Shown: positions 49,423-61,935, counted from the first letter of the whole stretch. The stretch: 63,933 bases of DNA, filler included, from Octopus bimaculoides (GCF_001194135.2; 10 parts of 10 records of this genome joined end to end with filler, not necessarily neighbours in it), one strand, 5' to 3'. Notes: a model not told the origin generated them from the sequence alone. A program made the numbers and translations.

Positions 49423-50570
49423 AACCTCCGACCTAGTGTGGAGGGAAACGCCGTCGTTTTGCGTACTAAATGCATACTTCAGCATAACAGCAAAGTAGAT
49501 GTTGAACAGAGTAAGAGCAAACACACATCCCTGTTTTACCTCACGTCGAGCATCAAACGGTTCTGAGGTATTTCTGTTGAACTGTACAGTGGCCTTCATG
49601 TACAAATGGAATGAGTCAAGGATGCAAAGCAGTCGAGGAGGACACCCAATCTTCCCATGAGCTTGGAACAACTCATTGCTACTCACCGTGTCGTACGCCT
49701 TCGTCAAGTCAACGAATTCAATGTAGAGTAGTTGGTTCTGTTCCCTGGACTTCTTTCGTAATTGACTAAGGGAGAAAATACTCGTTTTTTCTAGTTCCTC
49801 TACGGTTGGGAATATTCTAGTTTGACTATGACCGGCTTTCAAAGACAAGCTGGCCAAAACGTAGACTCAGCACCCACTCTAGCATTAAAGTCTCCTAGTA
49901 GTATCAGAGTTTCTTTTGATGGCATCTTGCTTAGCTTCGAGGACAATTAGCTGTAGAAATCATTTTCCAGGTCCTGGCTGGAGAATAAGGTAGGTGTGTA
50001 GCACTGACCAAGGTGGCTAGTCCGGCCGACGTGTGCAGTCGGAGACATAGCATCTTCTCTGTCCCTTCATCATCGAGTTCCACCATCTTTAGAAGTGAGG
50101 TTTTCACTGCAAAGCCAATTCCACGTACTCTAACATCCCCATCGCTTTTTCCTTGCCAGAAGAATGTATAATCCCGCTCGCGTAAATTTCCTCTCTCCGA
50201 CAGGCGCGTTTCCTGGAGAGCAGCGATGTTCACCTGGAGTCTCAGTAGTTCATAGTTGATGGTGGCTATTTTGCGTGCGGTGTCGATTTCTGACTAGTCG
50301 TCGGACAATCCCGGAAATAGAGTCCGAACATTCCAGCAAAATAGTTTAAGGACTGGCTTCCTGTTTTTTTTTTTTTTGATTTTTAGTTTTTTGTTTGGTG
50401 CGAAATTTGCAGTCCATGTTTCAGAACATGTGTATTTCTGAGGTCTACGCACCCTGTGGGGCAGACAGACTGAGACGGGACAGCTTGAGGTGGGAAGTAG
50501 CTATTCAGTAAGACGTTGAGGTCTCTCCCACCGTCGAAAACAGCCTCTGGCCCCTAGCTCTACGTCAATT
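49423..50570 (-). mobile_element. RTE-clade LINE remnant: 5' region, APE endonuclease N-half, internal deletion, partial reverse transcriptase
   Basis: Minus strand: LKLFCWNVRTL...NIAALQETR...FFWQGK...GIGFAV...LILLGDFNARVG, then IFSLSQLRKKSREQNQLLYIEFVDLTKAYDTV...VKQGCVFALTLFNIY; frameshifts and a stop are present. Confidence 0.92.
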
Positions 50571-50762
50571 TATTAGGGGCAGAATGAGGGAAAAAAAAGA
50601 AAATTTATTAGGGGCACGATGGGGAAAAATCNNNNNNNNNNNNNNNNNNNNNNNNNNNNNNNNNNNNNNNNNNNNTTAATTAATTAANNNNNNNNNNNNN
50701 NNNNNNNNNNNNNNNNNNNNNNNNNNNNNNNATATATATATATATATATATATATATATAAC

Positions 50763-51060
50763 GTGAAGGCGTGTGGCTTAGTGTATTCGGCTGACGATCG
50801 TAAGTTCGTGAGTTCGATATCCATAGGCGTGTTGTGTCCTTGACCAAGATATTTCATTACACATTGCTCCAGTCTACTCAGCTGGGGAGAAAAGAGTAGT
50901 ACCTCTATTTGAAAAGGCCAGCCTTGTGTCATCCTGTGTCACATTGAATCTCCCTGAGAACTACGTTATGGGTACGCGTGTCTGTGGCGTGCTCAGACTC
51001 TTGCACGTTAAATTCACGAGCAGGCTGTTCCGCTGAGCGAATCAACTGGAACACTCGTCA
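50763..51060 (+). mobile_element. tRNA-headed SINE family C (long tail variant)
   Basis: GAAGGCGTGTGGCTTAGTG, GTTCGATATCC, TTGCTCCAGTCTACTCAGCTGG, GAATCTCCCTGAGAACTACGTTATGGGTACGCGTGTCTGTGG. Confidence 0.88.
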
Positions 51061-51920
51061 GTGTGCACACATTTAGACAGCGTTATTTGTTTGCTTTCTC
51101 CATCGCTATGAAATATGATTGCATCAATATAACGATTCAAATAATGTATTGGTTTTCTATTTATTTATGTATGTTTCTATATTAATTCTTTATATAGTCT
51201 TACTTTTATTTAATTACGTCATTAATTTCCTTTTACTCATTGCTCTCGACATTCCATCTCTCTGTTTATAACATTTTTATGCGAGTTATTTACTAGCATT
51301 AATTTCAATTCAACTAATTTAACTAATTTTATCTGTTTCATGTCCCTTTGATATGTTTACAGTATTCCAGTACATTAAATAATTAATAATTTTCCGTCAC
51401 GCTGGATCCATCGTACTATACCATATGCACAATTACAAACAGCGTTTTACATCATCTCTCTGTTTTATACACAACGTCCGCTGATCTTCCTGTCTCTCTT
51501 TTATACAATATTTCATTTTCATCTTTCCATTACTCATTCACATGGTTCTACCTTCTCCTACTCTCACGCATTCACTTTCCTTTTTTTTTTGTTACATTTA
51601 TACACTTATCTCTCTGCCTTCATGAATTATATATATATATATGCTTTCACTCTTTCTCTCAACATAGCTCTGTCCATTTTTGCACTTTTTATATTACAGT
51701 ATCTCGCTTTCTACGTCCTCACATCAGTAGTCATTTTAATTTTCAAATAATTATGTTTTAGTTTTCGAAACCTTACCAACTAAAACTTCTTTATTTAATT
51801 AGTATATAAATTTTGAATGTATTCTCGAGTTTTCTGAACTAGTTTCCACTTGTCATTCATTTGAAAACTTCAGTCGTTCAGTCGATCGAAATATTTTGCC
51901 ACGTTGCATAAATTAAATAT

Positions 51921-51951
<31 letters not shown>

Positions 51952-52051
51952 NNNNNNNNNNNNNNNNNNNNNNNNNNNNNNNNNNNNNNNNNNNNTTAAT
52001 TAATTAANNNNNNNNNNNNNNNNNNNNNNNNNNNNNNNNNNNNNNNNNNNN

Positions 52052-52309
52052 ACTATCAACTTAAACAACACTTTATTTAGGTTGTAAATATATACATCTT
52101 TAGCTCTTGTTGTTACAGCTTCTGTGTGTATGAGCATAGTTGTTGGGACGTTGTTCTGTAGTTGTAAGCGAGCTGTCGAGTGTAAGTCCGAAAGATGTAG
52201 AGAGACAGCTTAACACGTCCTTGCTCATGGTCGGCCGACGGTAAAAGAGATAGAATTAAGCGGGAACGCTTGTTTGTTTAATTCCACGCATGCGCACGGC
52301 GTTACTACA
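52052..52309 (-). mobile_element. Possible LTR fragment (solo LTR-like)
   Basis: The minus strand starts TGTAGTAAC, is CpG-rich and has AATAAA near its far end (TAAATAAAGTGTTG). The expected CA end falls in a gap. Confidence 0.4.
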
Positions 52310-53154
52310 GAAGCATGGAAAATATGGAATTAAAACACACACAAACAAGGAATAACTTGAATGTTTATAAAAGAAAATTCGCCCCAAGTATATATTTAAA
52401 AAGTCATTATTTCTGATGGCGCCGGCTGAATGTAAACATAAGCGTTTTGGAGAGAGATGTTAAAATTCTTTTTTTTCATGAAATAACTATAATTTATAAT
52501 ATAATTGCATTACTTAGGTATAAATTATATATTAAAAAAATCAATTAGGCTGACAAAATAATAGGAAAAAAGTTATTAATCAAATTTGATATGGAAGAAA
52601 AATTAAGAAACAGACGTGCCAAGAAAGCATAGTAGCTATTGCAGCGGTTTCTAATGACACTTACGACTAGACATTACGACTGAATATGTTATTAATTCTG
52701 TGTTTATCCCAAAAGTGTTGCTATGCTGTATTAAGTTTTAAGTGTAAGATTAAGACTTTGAATAAAATTATATAACTTAGACGGATTCCTAATCCAAGAA
52801 CCAGTTTTCTTTCTTTTTTTTTCGTTAAAATATGCAGTCGAATAGTTTTGAGAAGAAATATAACCTGGGAGGTCTTATAAACCAGCGTCATCTTTTTTTT
52901 TTTGTATTGAAGTTGTATCTTATTTTAAGAAGTTGTGTAACCTCGAGCATCGTTTGAAATCCTGTATTATTTTCTATTAGGTTTTATAAGGAAGCTGATA
53001 ATGTAACATCATTTTCTGTATCTAATCGATATAACAGTTTTTCTTTTGTGATGTTTTTGGTATCGTCGTTGATTGATGATGATGATGATAACGATGATGA
53101 TAATAATGATTCAAAACTACACATTAATTTATTACAATAAAGAACTCTACTTTA

Positions 53155-53251
53155 ACCTGACTTTACCTTTCATCTCTCCGGGGCTGATCATATAAAGCAT
53201 CCGCCTCGATCTAGGATCAATGAAAGTTGCTGGCCTTGTGCCAAAATTTGA

Positions 53252-53282
<31 letters not shown>

Positions 53283-53493
53283 GTTATTATAAGGCGGCGA
53301 GCCGGCAGAATCGTTAGCACGCTGGACGAAATGCTCACCCGTCACTATGTTCTGAGTTCAAATTCCGCCGAGGTCGACTTTGCCTTTCATCCTTTTGGGG
53401 TCGATAAATTAAGTACTAGTGAAACACTGGGGTCGATGTAATCGACTTGTCCCCTCCCATCAAATTTCAGGCCTTGTACCTATAGTAGAAAGG

Positions 53494-53545
<52 letters not shown>
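53155..53545 (+). mobile_element. Two SINE family A copies in tandem with (TAT)n tails
   Basis: 3' half copy 53155-53250 plus (TAT)n, then full copy 53291-53493 (AAGGCGGCGAGCCGGCAGAATCGTTAGCAC...GTTCAAATTCC) plus (TAT)n. Confidence 0.88.
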
Positions 53546-53800
53546 GGCTGTCCTGAAAGCGGCTAGTTATGATCCCGTCTTCAGAAACTGAATCGTTGCA
53601 ATGTACAACATCATTGCTCAGTGGTCTTAGTAAATGGCCACCTGTCGGAATCTTTCAGTATCATGCAATCGGTCCGCTTCCCTCAGCACGTACTGACTGT
53701 NNNNNNNNNNNNNNNNNNNNNNNNNNNNNNNNNNNNNNNNNNNNTTAATTAATTAANNNNNNNNNNNNNNNNNNNNNNNNNNNNNNNNNNNNNNNNNNNN

Positions 53801-54524
53801 CACGGGAGGGCTGCAATCAGAAAACTACTACTTTCAAAGACAAACGTTGCAAAGCGTTTAGAGTTGAGTAAAAACCTACAGAATTGGTCCCTAGAGCAGT
53901 GGGAAAATGTTATTTTCTCGGATGAATCATCCTTTACCTTATTTCCGACCACCGGCCAAGTATACATGTGGAGACAGCCAAAAGAAGCATTTGACCCTGA
54001 CTGTCTTCTTCCAGCTGTTAAACATAGAGGAGGATCTGTGGTGATCTGAGAGGGGGCTATATCTTGGAAATCTGCTGGCCCAATGGTTTCCCTTCATGGC
54101 AGACTTAATAGTCAAGACTATTTAAGCACTTTATCTGATCAAATTCATCCTATGTTTGTGGAAATGTATCCGGGGGGAAACGCAATCTTTCAGGATGATA
54201 ATGAACCAATTCACACAGCTAAAGTTGTTACTGAATGGCACGAGGAATATTCTAGTGAATCCCCAGATCTCAATATTATTGAACACTTATGGCGCATTCT
54301 GGAAAAACAAGGAGTCAATATCCTCTTCCATCATCGCTACAAGAACTGGAGACTATTTTAGCTGAAGAATGGACAAAAATTCCTTTGGAAACAATTCAAA
54401 CTTTGTACGAGTCCATACCTCGTAGAATTCAAGCTGTAATTACTACCAAAGGCGGTCCTACTCCATATTAAATAAATTTATTTGAAATTTTAAGGTGTTT
54501 CCATTATTTTGTCCAACCCCTGTA
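53801..54524 (+). pseudogene. Tc1-family transposase remnant with 3' TIR
   Basis: ...EQWENVIFSDESSF...VKHRGGSVVI*...AIFQDDNEPIHTAK...SPDLNIIEHLW...ESIPRRIQAVITTKGGPTPY*; ends GGTGTTTCCATTATTTTGTCCAACCCCTG|TA. One stop, a frameshift and a deletion are present. Confidence 0.93.
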
Positions 54525-54934
54525 CATGTATGTGTATGTGTGTGTATGAGTGTGTATGTGTGTGTGCGTATATGTGCGTGTATGTATGCGTGTGTATGTG
54601 TCTGCTGTGTAAACCGGTTTAAAATTTGGCATGGAATAGCGCTTTTACACCAAAAGGCAGATTAACTTAACTTATAAATACCGATAAAATTATCGTATTA
54701 CCTGATTGAAATAAAGAATGGTGGTCGATACGATCGACTAAAATTCCATGGAGCCGTTGTTTCAGTATGGCTGCAGTCTTGTCAGTGAAGCCATTAAGAG
54801 AATGAGACAATGAATATTGGAAATATTCGATATTCGATAAAAGAATAATGGCTAATGCCTGGTGTAAGTATTCCAGAAGACCTTGTGGTCTTGGATAGAA
54901 TGACCTTTGAACACCGAGATTGACCTGGGGCTAA

Positions 54935-55015
54935 ACTGTATCATCATCATCATCATCATCATCTTCAACATCATCTTCATCATATTCATCATCATCAGAA
55001 GCATCAGCATCAGCA
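54935..55015 (+). repeat. (CAT)n/(CAG)n microsatellite
   Basis: Direct inspection. Confidence 0.85.
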
Positions 55016-56099
55016 ACAAACATAAATTTTCATTTTATTTCTCATAGACAAGCAATAAAGACAGATCGAGATGGCAAATGATTAAAGAATTGTCGCAGAA
55101 ATAATGTGATACGCCATTCAGAGAAATGAGTTTTGCCGACTTTTTATTCTGAAACTGAAAATATTTCTGAAAATACACCTTGTGGAGGTGGGGGGTGGAA
55201 TGTTTTCTGCTATAGCCGTGGGACCACTCCCCACATATTGATTTATATGCTTTAGCATGGCCATAGTTGAATGACAGAAACAAGAAAAAGATAAAATATT
55301 ATAAACTACAGAGAAAAGCAACTTCAGAGCAACTGAATTCCAGAAAAAAGAACCTTCCTAAACAACTTTTATTTTTAAGCGAAATTTTATAAATAGGATC
55401 TGAAGCATAACAAGAAACTAATTAACCAATGAAATTGAAGGCAGAGAATGTAAATGACATTTTTTGAGGAATTCTATATAAATAACCTTCATGAGTGGGG
55501 AAAATAGCTTAGTTAAATTGTCAAATAGCAGCAATGTTAAAATTACTTCCAAATGTAGTTAGGCGGAAATGATTAAATTTAGACAAAAGTTGATTTACGC
55601 AACTGAGATAAAAATCGTTTTAACAGTAAATTTAGAGCGTGTTCCTAGAATGGTGCACAGTTGCGAAGCAACGTGACAATAACTAGAACAAAGGCAACGT
55701 CTGGAGAAATAACATGGTTAATAAATAAATAGTAATATGCACGTTTACATACAAATATATAAACGGTACAATACACACATGTTTATGTGTTCAACGTTGA
55801 TTTATAACGAGCAAATCAGGAAGAAGTACTCAGTTCATAATGTAGAGTATACATTTTATTTAAACTAAATGCTATTACGTTTCGTAAGCTTCATCCCACT
55901 GTGTTCTTCTAATGTGAATTCTTGGATGTTTATGTTCGTTGGTGTGGGTGTGAACTATTATTTCCGTCTGTTTATTGGTTTAATTTTGTATTTGTTCATT
56001 GGTTAGTACTTTTGTGCACTCTACATTAGTTGTTTTTGTTGTTTAATGCTTACTTTCGTTAAAAATATTCAAAATAGACAAAAATCCACAAGTAAAAGC

Positions 56100-56330
56100 A
56101 TTTATTTAGTGTCCTCTTTAACTTGAACGCAGTAACAAATGTGGCAACACATATATCCTAGGACTAACCAACAAACACTTCCTAACAGAACATAAATATC
56201 ACAACCTATTCAACAGACATAGCACAAAAGTTAGGCTTCACAATATAAAACACACATTACAATCATTGAAAAACAACAGACTAAGGAACATGCAACATAT
56301 TGCTGCAAACTAATGCAAGTTCACAAGATC
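56100..56330 (+). pseudogene. Possible decayed GIY-YIG endonuclease fragment (Penelope-like)
   Basis: Frame from 56131 reads SNKCGNTYILGLTNKHFLTEHK, resembling C-x2-C-x3-YIG-x-T...R-x2-EH. Confidence 0.35.
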
Positions 56331-57802
56331 GAGAACATGACTTAGAAATATATTTAGATCTTCCTGTGGAGCAGAATCTAAATGTTCTTTTATCTACGGA
56401 TTTTACCACTGATATGTTTTATCTATTTAGACATCGCTATATCTAAGTATTAGCATTTACTAGTGTATTTGGGGAAACCAGACTTGACGTATCTGTTAAT
56501 TCCTAGTTCAGGATGTTGAATTTTGAGCTGAGTTGTTTTCTAGGTCTTTTAATTTCTCGATGTTATTCCTTGCGTTCATATCTACGAGATTATTGTGAAC
56601 ATACTAGAAGTCTATGTTATGTCTTGATAACACTTTGTGTTCCTGCCTGCGTGTGTGTGTGCGTGCGTGCGTGCGTGTAGTGTCCGAACACACACAGAGA
56701 CACATATACAGATTCTAGAAGTTGTTCATCAGTTGTTCTTCATCAGAGACAGATTCTCCCTGAGAATGCTGTCGGACTCGCTTATAACTAACTATTATTG
56801 AATGCAATAGTTCATATAATACCAGTTATATTAGATGAATGATAAAAAAAACCCTGGGTGTATGAAAACATTGTAGATGCCAGGTCAAGCTTGATCTTTG
56901 TTTGATCCATGCAGTACCATCAGAGAAATGGGTTATGAAAAAACATGTTTCACCATCAGCGCCGACAACTGCTCACTGCTTAGGTATTTCTGTATTTTTT
57001 TCTGGAAGCAAGAAAAAAAGCAAATGCTTAACACAGGAATTAATAAATTTGAATATTGTTCAGGTATTCTGAGGGTGTGTATTGGCACGAGTACACACAC
57101 TTATAAGAGATTTTCGATTAAAACACTTTCATTCTATATCTGGTACTGATGAACTATGTTGACATTAAAGATAATGTGTTCTTGGGATCTGATCTTAGTC
57201 TATAGAAAGATGAAAATAAAAGTTGTAAAAGCAATTAGTTTTCAATTATGTCATTCCACTATATAACTGATATGAAAGGAGCGGATTTGTCTTGCGGTGA
57301 ATTAACGTTCGTTTCCTTTTATGTTCTCTTTTTTCAGTATTACAGTTTACGTTCAATATGAATGTTGCTTTAGGGGAAGTATGTAGCAGAACAAGTGTAG
57401 CGCTGGACAAAGGAACTTGGAGTTTTTATTCACATTCTGAAGTCAAAACCTGATATTCAGCTACGCTTTTCATTCTACTGCGGGCAACTTCATTCATCCC
57501 ACAGAAATTTCTAACAAGTCATTGTTCTTATTGCTTCAGTTGTCTTTGAGAAAATTCTCAAGATTTAAAATTCACAATTTAAATACATTCACCCAGTTTA
57601 GAAAGCAGGTACAATTATCTTGTTTCATTTTTTTTTCTATACACATTCAGCAATAAATTAGTCACCTGTTATTGAAAGATAATTGAATTTATATTCTTCA
57701 AGATTAGCAAAAGTTATTGTTTGTTTCAATATATTTTATCTTAGACGCTTTGTTTGAGACATTAACTCGAGAAAATAACATCGACTATAGAAATTGTTAG
57801 AG

Positions 57803-57870
57803 TAAAGGCGGCAAGCTGGCAGAATCGTTAGCACGCCGGGCGAAATGCTTAGCGGTATTTCGTCCCCGTG
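57803..57870 (+). mobile_element. SINE family A head only
   Basis: AAGGCGGCAAGCTGGCAGAATCGTTAGCACGCCGGGCGAAATGCTTAGCGGTATTTCGTC. Confidence 0.85.
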
Positions 57871-58159
57871 AGTTTTGTTTGTTACGCATTGCACATGTGT
57901 TCGTGGTGAAAATTGCTGTTTATTAGTGTTATTATTTATAATAACTACTCTTTTATTAACTGTTGTTTCTGTTAAATTTCTAACTGTTGGAGTTTTCATT
58001 TGAAAACACTAACTGCTTGTAGAAAGCACACGTTTGTTCATTCCCCGTTGGGGGGAAGAATATCGTCTAGCGAGAGGCCTAACGTTGGAACAGAGATGTC
58101 TGGTGAAGAGAAGAATTTTTTTGTTGTCTGGCGAGGAGCCAACTACGAGCAAAAATCCA

Positions 58160-59222
58160 ATGGATTCCCCCGAAAACGGAATTTTTTATTCACTCGTTGC
58201 AAAAGAGTATAACAAAATGTATGAAATATTTGGAGATGTGTCTGAAAGCTCGTCAGAACTTTCACAAGATTTCCCGAGTTTGTCAAAAAGTATTGTGTCC
58301 AAAAGAATAATCGATGTACCTAGCATCCAGACTGAGAAACCAAAAAAAAGGGAAAAAAAGTTTTGCGTTGGCAGCTGGGGGTGGAACCCGGCTGCTTTCG
58401 ACGAACAAGTGTGACTACAAGAAATATAGAGAAATAATGGAAATAAACGATAACGTTGTTAAAATACAACCACCGGAGCAATTAATACAAGAAGAAAAAC
58501 AGAAGACAATAATATTTAAAACTTACTGTTTAGAAAAAAGAAAAATCGAAAGATTTACAGAAGAGAAGATAGAAAAGTGCTTGAAGCAAATATGGAGCGA
58601 CGTAGTTTATTTGACAAGAGGCAAGAAGTTTGGTACAGTGGAAGTAAGGTTTGCCAACAAGGAAATGGCACAAAAGCATTCCGTAGAAACCCTGAAAACG
58701 GACGACGTGGCGCTCATCCCCACCTATATGGGGATGAGAACGTCCAGAATTAAAATAACAAGGGTCCCACCGGAAGTGGATCCTATGTGGGTGGTGGAGG
58801 CAGTCCTAATCAAAGAGGAAGAGAAAATTACCCTCCTCCAGGCTGCCGTTACCGAAAACGCTAACTGGACTGGCCAAACAGTTAGTCTCCTCATCCAGGC
58901 TGACCCAAAAATAATTGAAGCAATTCCCGAGACAATTCAGAGAGGGGAGGAGAACCTCGTGGTGTTTGTTGAGGGCCGAAAACCCCGGTGCTTTTTGTGC
59001 GGCCAATTAGTCCACATTCGAAGGAATTGCAAGGAAAATGAGGTAGAGGGGGAAGAGGAGAAAGAAGAAAAAGAGGAAGAAGAAAAAGACGAGAAGAAAC
59101 AACAAACAAAAGAAAAATACAATCAGCAACTCAACCGAGAGCGGCAACTACTACAGAACAACTACCAAAAAGACTGCAAGAAGAGAAAAAGAGGACAAAG
59201 GCATAATAGCTGTTTACAGTAA
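58160..59222 (+). CDS. Gag-like ORF1 of an L1/Tx1-type non-LTR retrotransposon (RRM-like region + CCHC zinc knuckle), one frameshift near the 5' end
   Basis: 302-codon open frame 58314-59222 with CFLCGQLVHIRRNC (CX2CX4HX4C), upstream TVEVRF and RIKITRVPPEV segments and an acidic tail. An upstream in-frame ATG (58160, MDSPENG) joins through a +1 shift in the A-runs at about 58340-58360. Confidence 0.75.
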
Positions 59223-59639
59223 AGATACTGAGCTAATGAGAGACATTCAATTAATTAAGACTGCAAAAAAAATAGATAACCTTTCGGACAAATACAACAA
59301 TTATGACGTGCATGAAGTCTCAAATAAGACTCATAGAATTTTACAAAACAAACACCGTAAGTCAGTATCATCTATGAGACTGGACTTTAATAAGTCCATA
59401 TTTAATGGACTACCAGCACCGATCCCGCAAGAAAAGGAAAAGGTGGAGACCCCACCTTCACCTGATAATTCTATAATGAGACAGGATTTTAACAAACCTA
59501 TTTCCCAAGNNNNNNNNNNNNNNNNNNNNNNNNNNNNNNNNNNNNNNNNNNNNTTAATTAATTAANNNNNNNNNNNNNNNNNNNNNNNNNNNNNNNNNNN
59601 NNNNNNNNNACACACACACACACACACATACATGCTGTT

Positions 59640-59790
59640 GGCGAATCCTTTTCCTGCTTTGGAATTTTCTCTTTCTACTTTCCGACGATGTGCTATACTC
59701 GAAACGCCAAACTCTCTCTTTCATCGAGCGTCTAGCTAATACAGTCTTTGAGCACGTACTCTTGTTGTCCGGTAATTTTAGCATTCGTTT
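59640..59790 (+). mobile_element. Penelope-like terminal repeat fragment with decayed hammerhead
   Basis: CTTT-CCGACGA-T-GTGC-TAT-ACTC-GAAAC-GC-C-AAA followed by CGAGCGTCTAGCTAATACA, the same downstream context as 270-400. Confidence 0.5.
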
Positions 59791-59833
59791 TCTTTTTAAT
59801 TGATTATTTATTTGAATTGAGGATGTGTATCTG

Positions 59834-60110
59834 TGAAGGTGTGTGGCCTAGTGATTAGGTTAGGTTTCTGCACTCACGATCGCTAGATCGTTGGTTCGAT
59901 TTCCTGATTTTGTAGCGCGTTGTGTTATTCGAGCAAAACACTTCATTTCACCTTGCTCCAGCCTCCCTTTCGATCGGAGTGGGAGATATCCACCTCCTCG
60001 CCTAACCAGAGGAGTGACGTCATCTAAAGGCTAAAACAACGTAAAATGCATTATGAACAGCGATGTGTAACATTTGATAGCCTAGTCGGTCATGTGCTCA
60101 CGTATGTGCT
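59834..60110 (+). mobile_element. SINE family C (third tail variant)
   Basis: GAAGGTGTGTGGCCTAGTG...GTTCGATTTCC...GCAAAACACTTCATTTCACCTTGCTCCAG, then a tail unlike 50763-51060 or 2044-2307. Confidence 0.7.
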
Positions 60111-60571
60111 TATATTNNNNNNNNNNAACCATTAGTTGATCTGGTATCCTTTCGCTGATCAACTTGTAATAGTTATATATAAAAAAAAAATCTTTCAAAA
60201 AGTGTTGTTAGTTAAATAAAATGAAATAACTAATAAATTATCATGAAACATCCGGCTTTGTGTAATATGTATAATTGAAATATGTCTAGCATCTAGAAAT
60301 ATTAGCTTATAATTTATTAATTATGTATTTTATTCGTCTGAATAACATGTATAAAGAGAAAAACAATATGAATATTAAAGATTGGAATTGGGTCTTCTAA
60401 AAATAGGAATGAATACCATAGACATACTGCCATTTATGGTGAATTGAAAAGTTTTCTGCTAGACTTGGGGCTTAGGCAAGAAAAATTGATTTTAAAGGAA
60501 CAAAATAAATTAGGATCTTGGAAAGAACTAATGATATTTGAAAATTTAAGATGTAAATATATTTCAAATAA

Positions 60572-60952
60572 TACTCTTTTACTCTTTTTCTTGTTTCAGT
60601 CATTTGAGTGTGGCCATGCTGGAGCACCGCCTTTAGTCGAGCAAATCTACCCCAGGACTTATTCTTTCTAAGCTTAGTACTTATTCTATCGGTCTCTTTT
60701 GCGGAACCGCTAGGTTACGGGGATGTAAACACACCAGCATCGGTTGTCAAGCGATGTTGGGGGGACAAACACACACACACAAACATATGCACACATAAAC
60801 ATATATATATACATATATACGACGGGCTTCTTTCAGTTTCCGTCTACTAAATCCACTCATACGGCTTTGGTCGGTCCGAGGCTATAGTAGAAGACACTTG
60901 CCCAAGGTGCCACGCAGTGGGAATGAACCCAGAGCCATGTGGTTCGTAAGCT
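60572..60952 (-). mobile_element. SINE family B, near full length
   Basis: Reverse complement of 43272-43873 and 36229-36535, including the TACTCTTTTACTC tail. Confidence 0.92.
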
Positions 60953-61512
60953 AGTTATATCTTGTGAAACATTAAAAGTTTCTGTCTATAATAAATAGAA
61001 ATAAATAAATAAAAACGTTGTTCCCTTAAGCTTTATATATTTGAGTTACATAAGCACACGCATACACTTGCATGAACTTTATTCTCCTGTCTGTAGTCTT
61101 TTATCTACTTTAACTCTATATTCTTCTATTTTATTCCTTATAAACTATGAATTTCCCTCTCTAAAACTTTCGTACATACTTTGTCTCTGATGACAGAATA
61201 CCCAGTGAAAGGACATACTAGCCTATGACCCAATCTTACCACAATTAAATTATTATAAATGATTTCAGATACTCGTCTTGCTTTGGTTTTTGTTGTGATT
61301 TTCCTCTAATATATACTTGCTGACATGGAACCTAATACGGATCCCTAGCTCCAGGCTCAACTGTGAAATTGGAACCTAACGGATGACCAATTGTAGCACT
61401 TACTCAACGTACNNNNNNNNNNNNNNNNNNNNNNNNNNNNNNNNNNNNNNNNNNNNTTAATTAATTAANNNNNNNNNNNNNNNNNNNNNNNNNNNNNNNN
61501 NNNNNNNNNNNN

Positions 61513-61836
61513 AAAAATGACGCTCCGTCGGTTACGACGACGAAGGTTCCAGCTGATGTCGATGAACGGAACAGCCTGCTCCTGAAATTAAAGTGTAAGT
61601 GACTGGGCTCTCCACAGACACGTGTAACCTTAACGAAGTTCTCAGGGAGATTCAGCGTGACAAGGCATGTGACAAGGATGGCCCTTTGAAAATATAGGTA
61701 CTACTCATTTTTGCCAGCTGAGTTTACAGGAGCAATGGGGGGGGGGGGCGAAGGACACAACCCACTGCCGGGAATTGAACTCAAGACCTGAGATTCGTGA
61801 GCCAAACACCCTAACCACTAAACAAGGCGCCTTCAC
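61513..61836 (-). mobile_element. SINE family C (long tail variant)
   Basis: Reverse complement of 50763-51060. Confidence 0.85.
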
Positions 61837-61859
61837 TAAGTGATTTGTGTAATCTTTTC

Positions 61860-61935
61860 TACTCTAGGCACAAGGCCCAAAATTTTGGGGGAGGGGGCCA
61901 GTCGATTAGATCGACCCCAGTACGCAACTGGTGCT
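61860..61935 (-). mobile_element. SINE family A 3' fragment
   Basis: CTAGGCACAAGGCCCAAAATTTTGGGG...GATTAGATCGACCCCAGTACGCAACTGGT. Confidence 0.75.

Noticed and set aside
56700-56730. Two CTGATGA motifs on the minus strand
   Set aside because: No GAAAC and no helix arrangement; chance or a local duplication.
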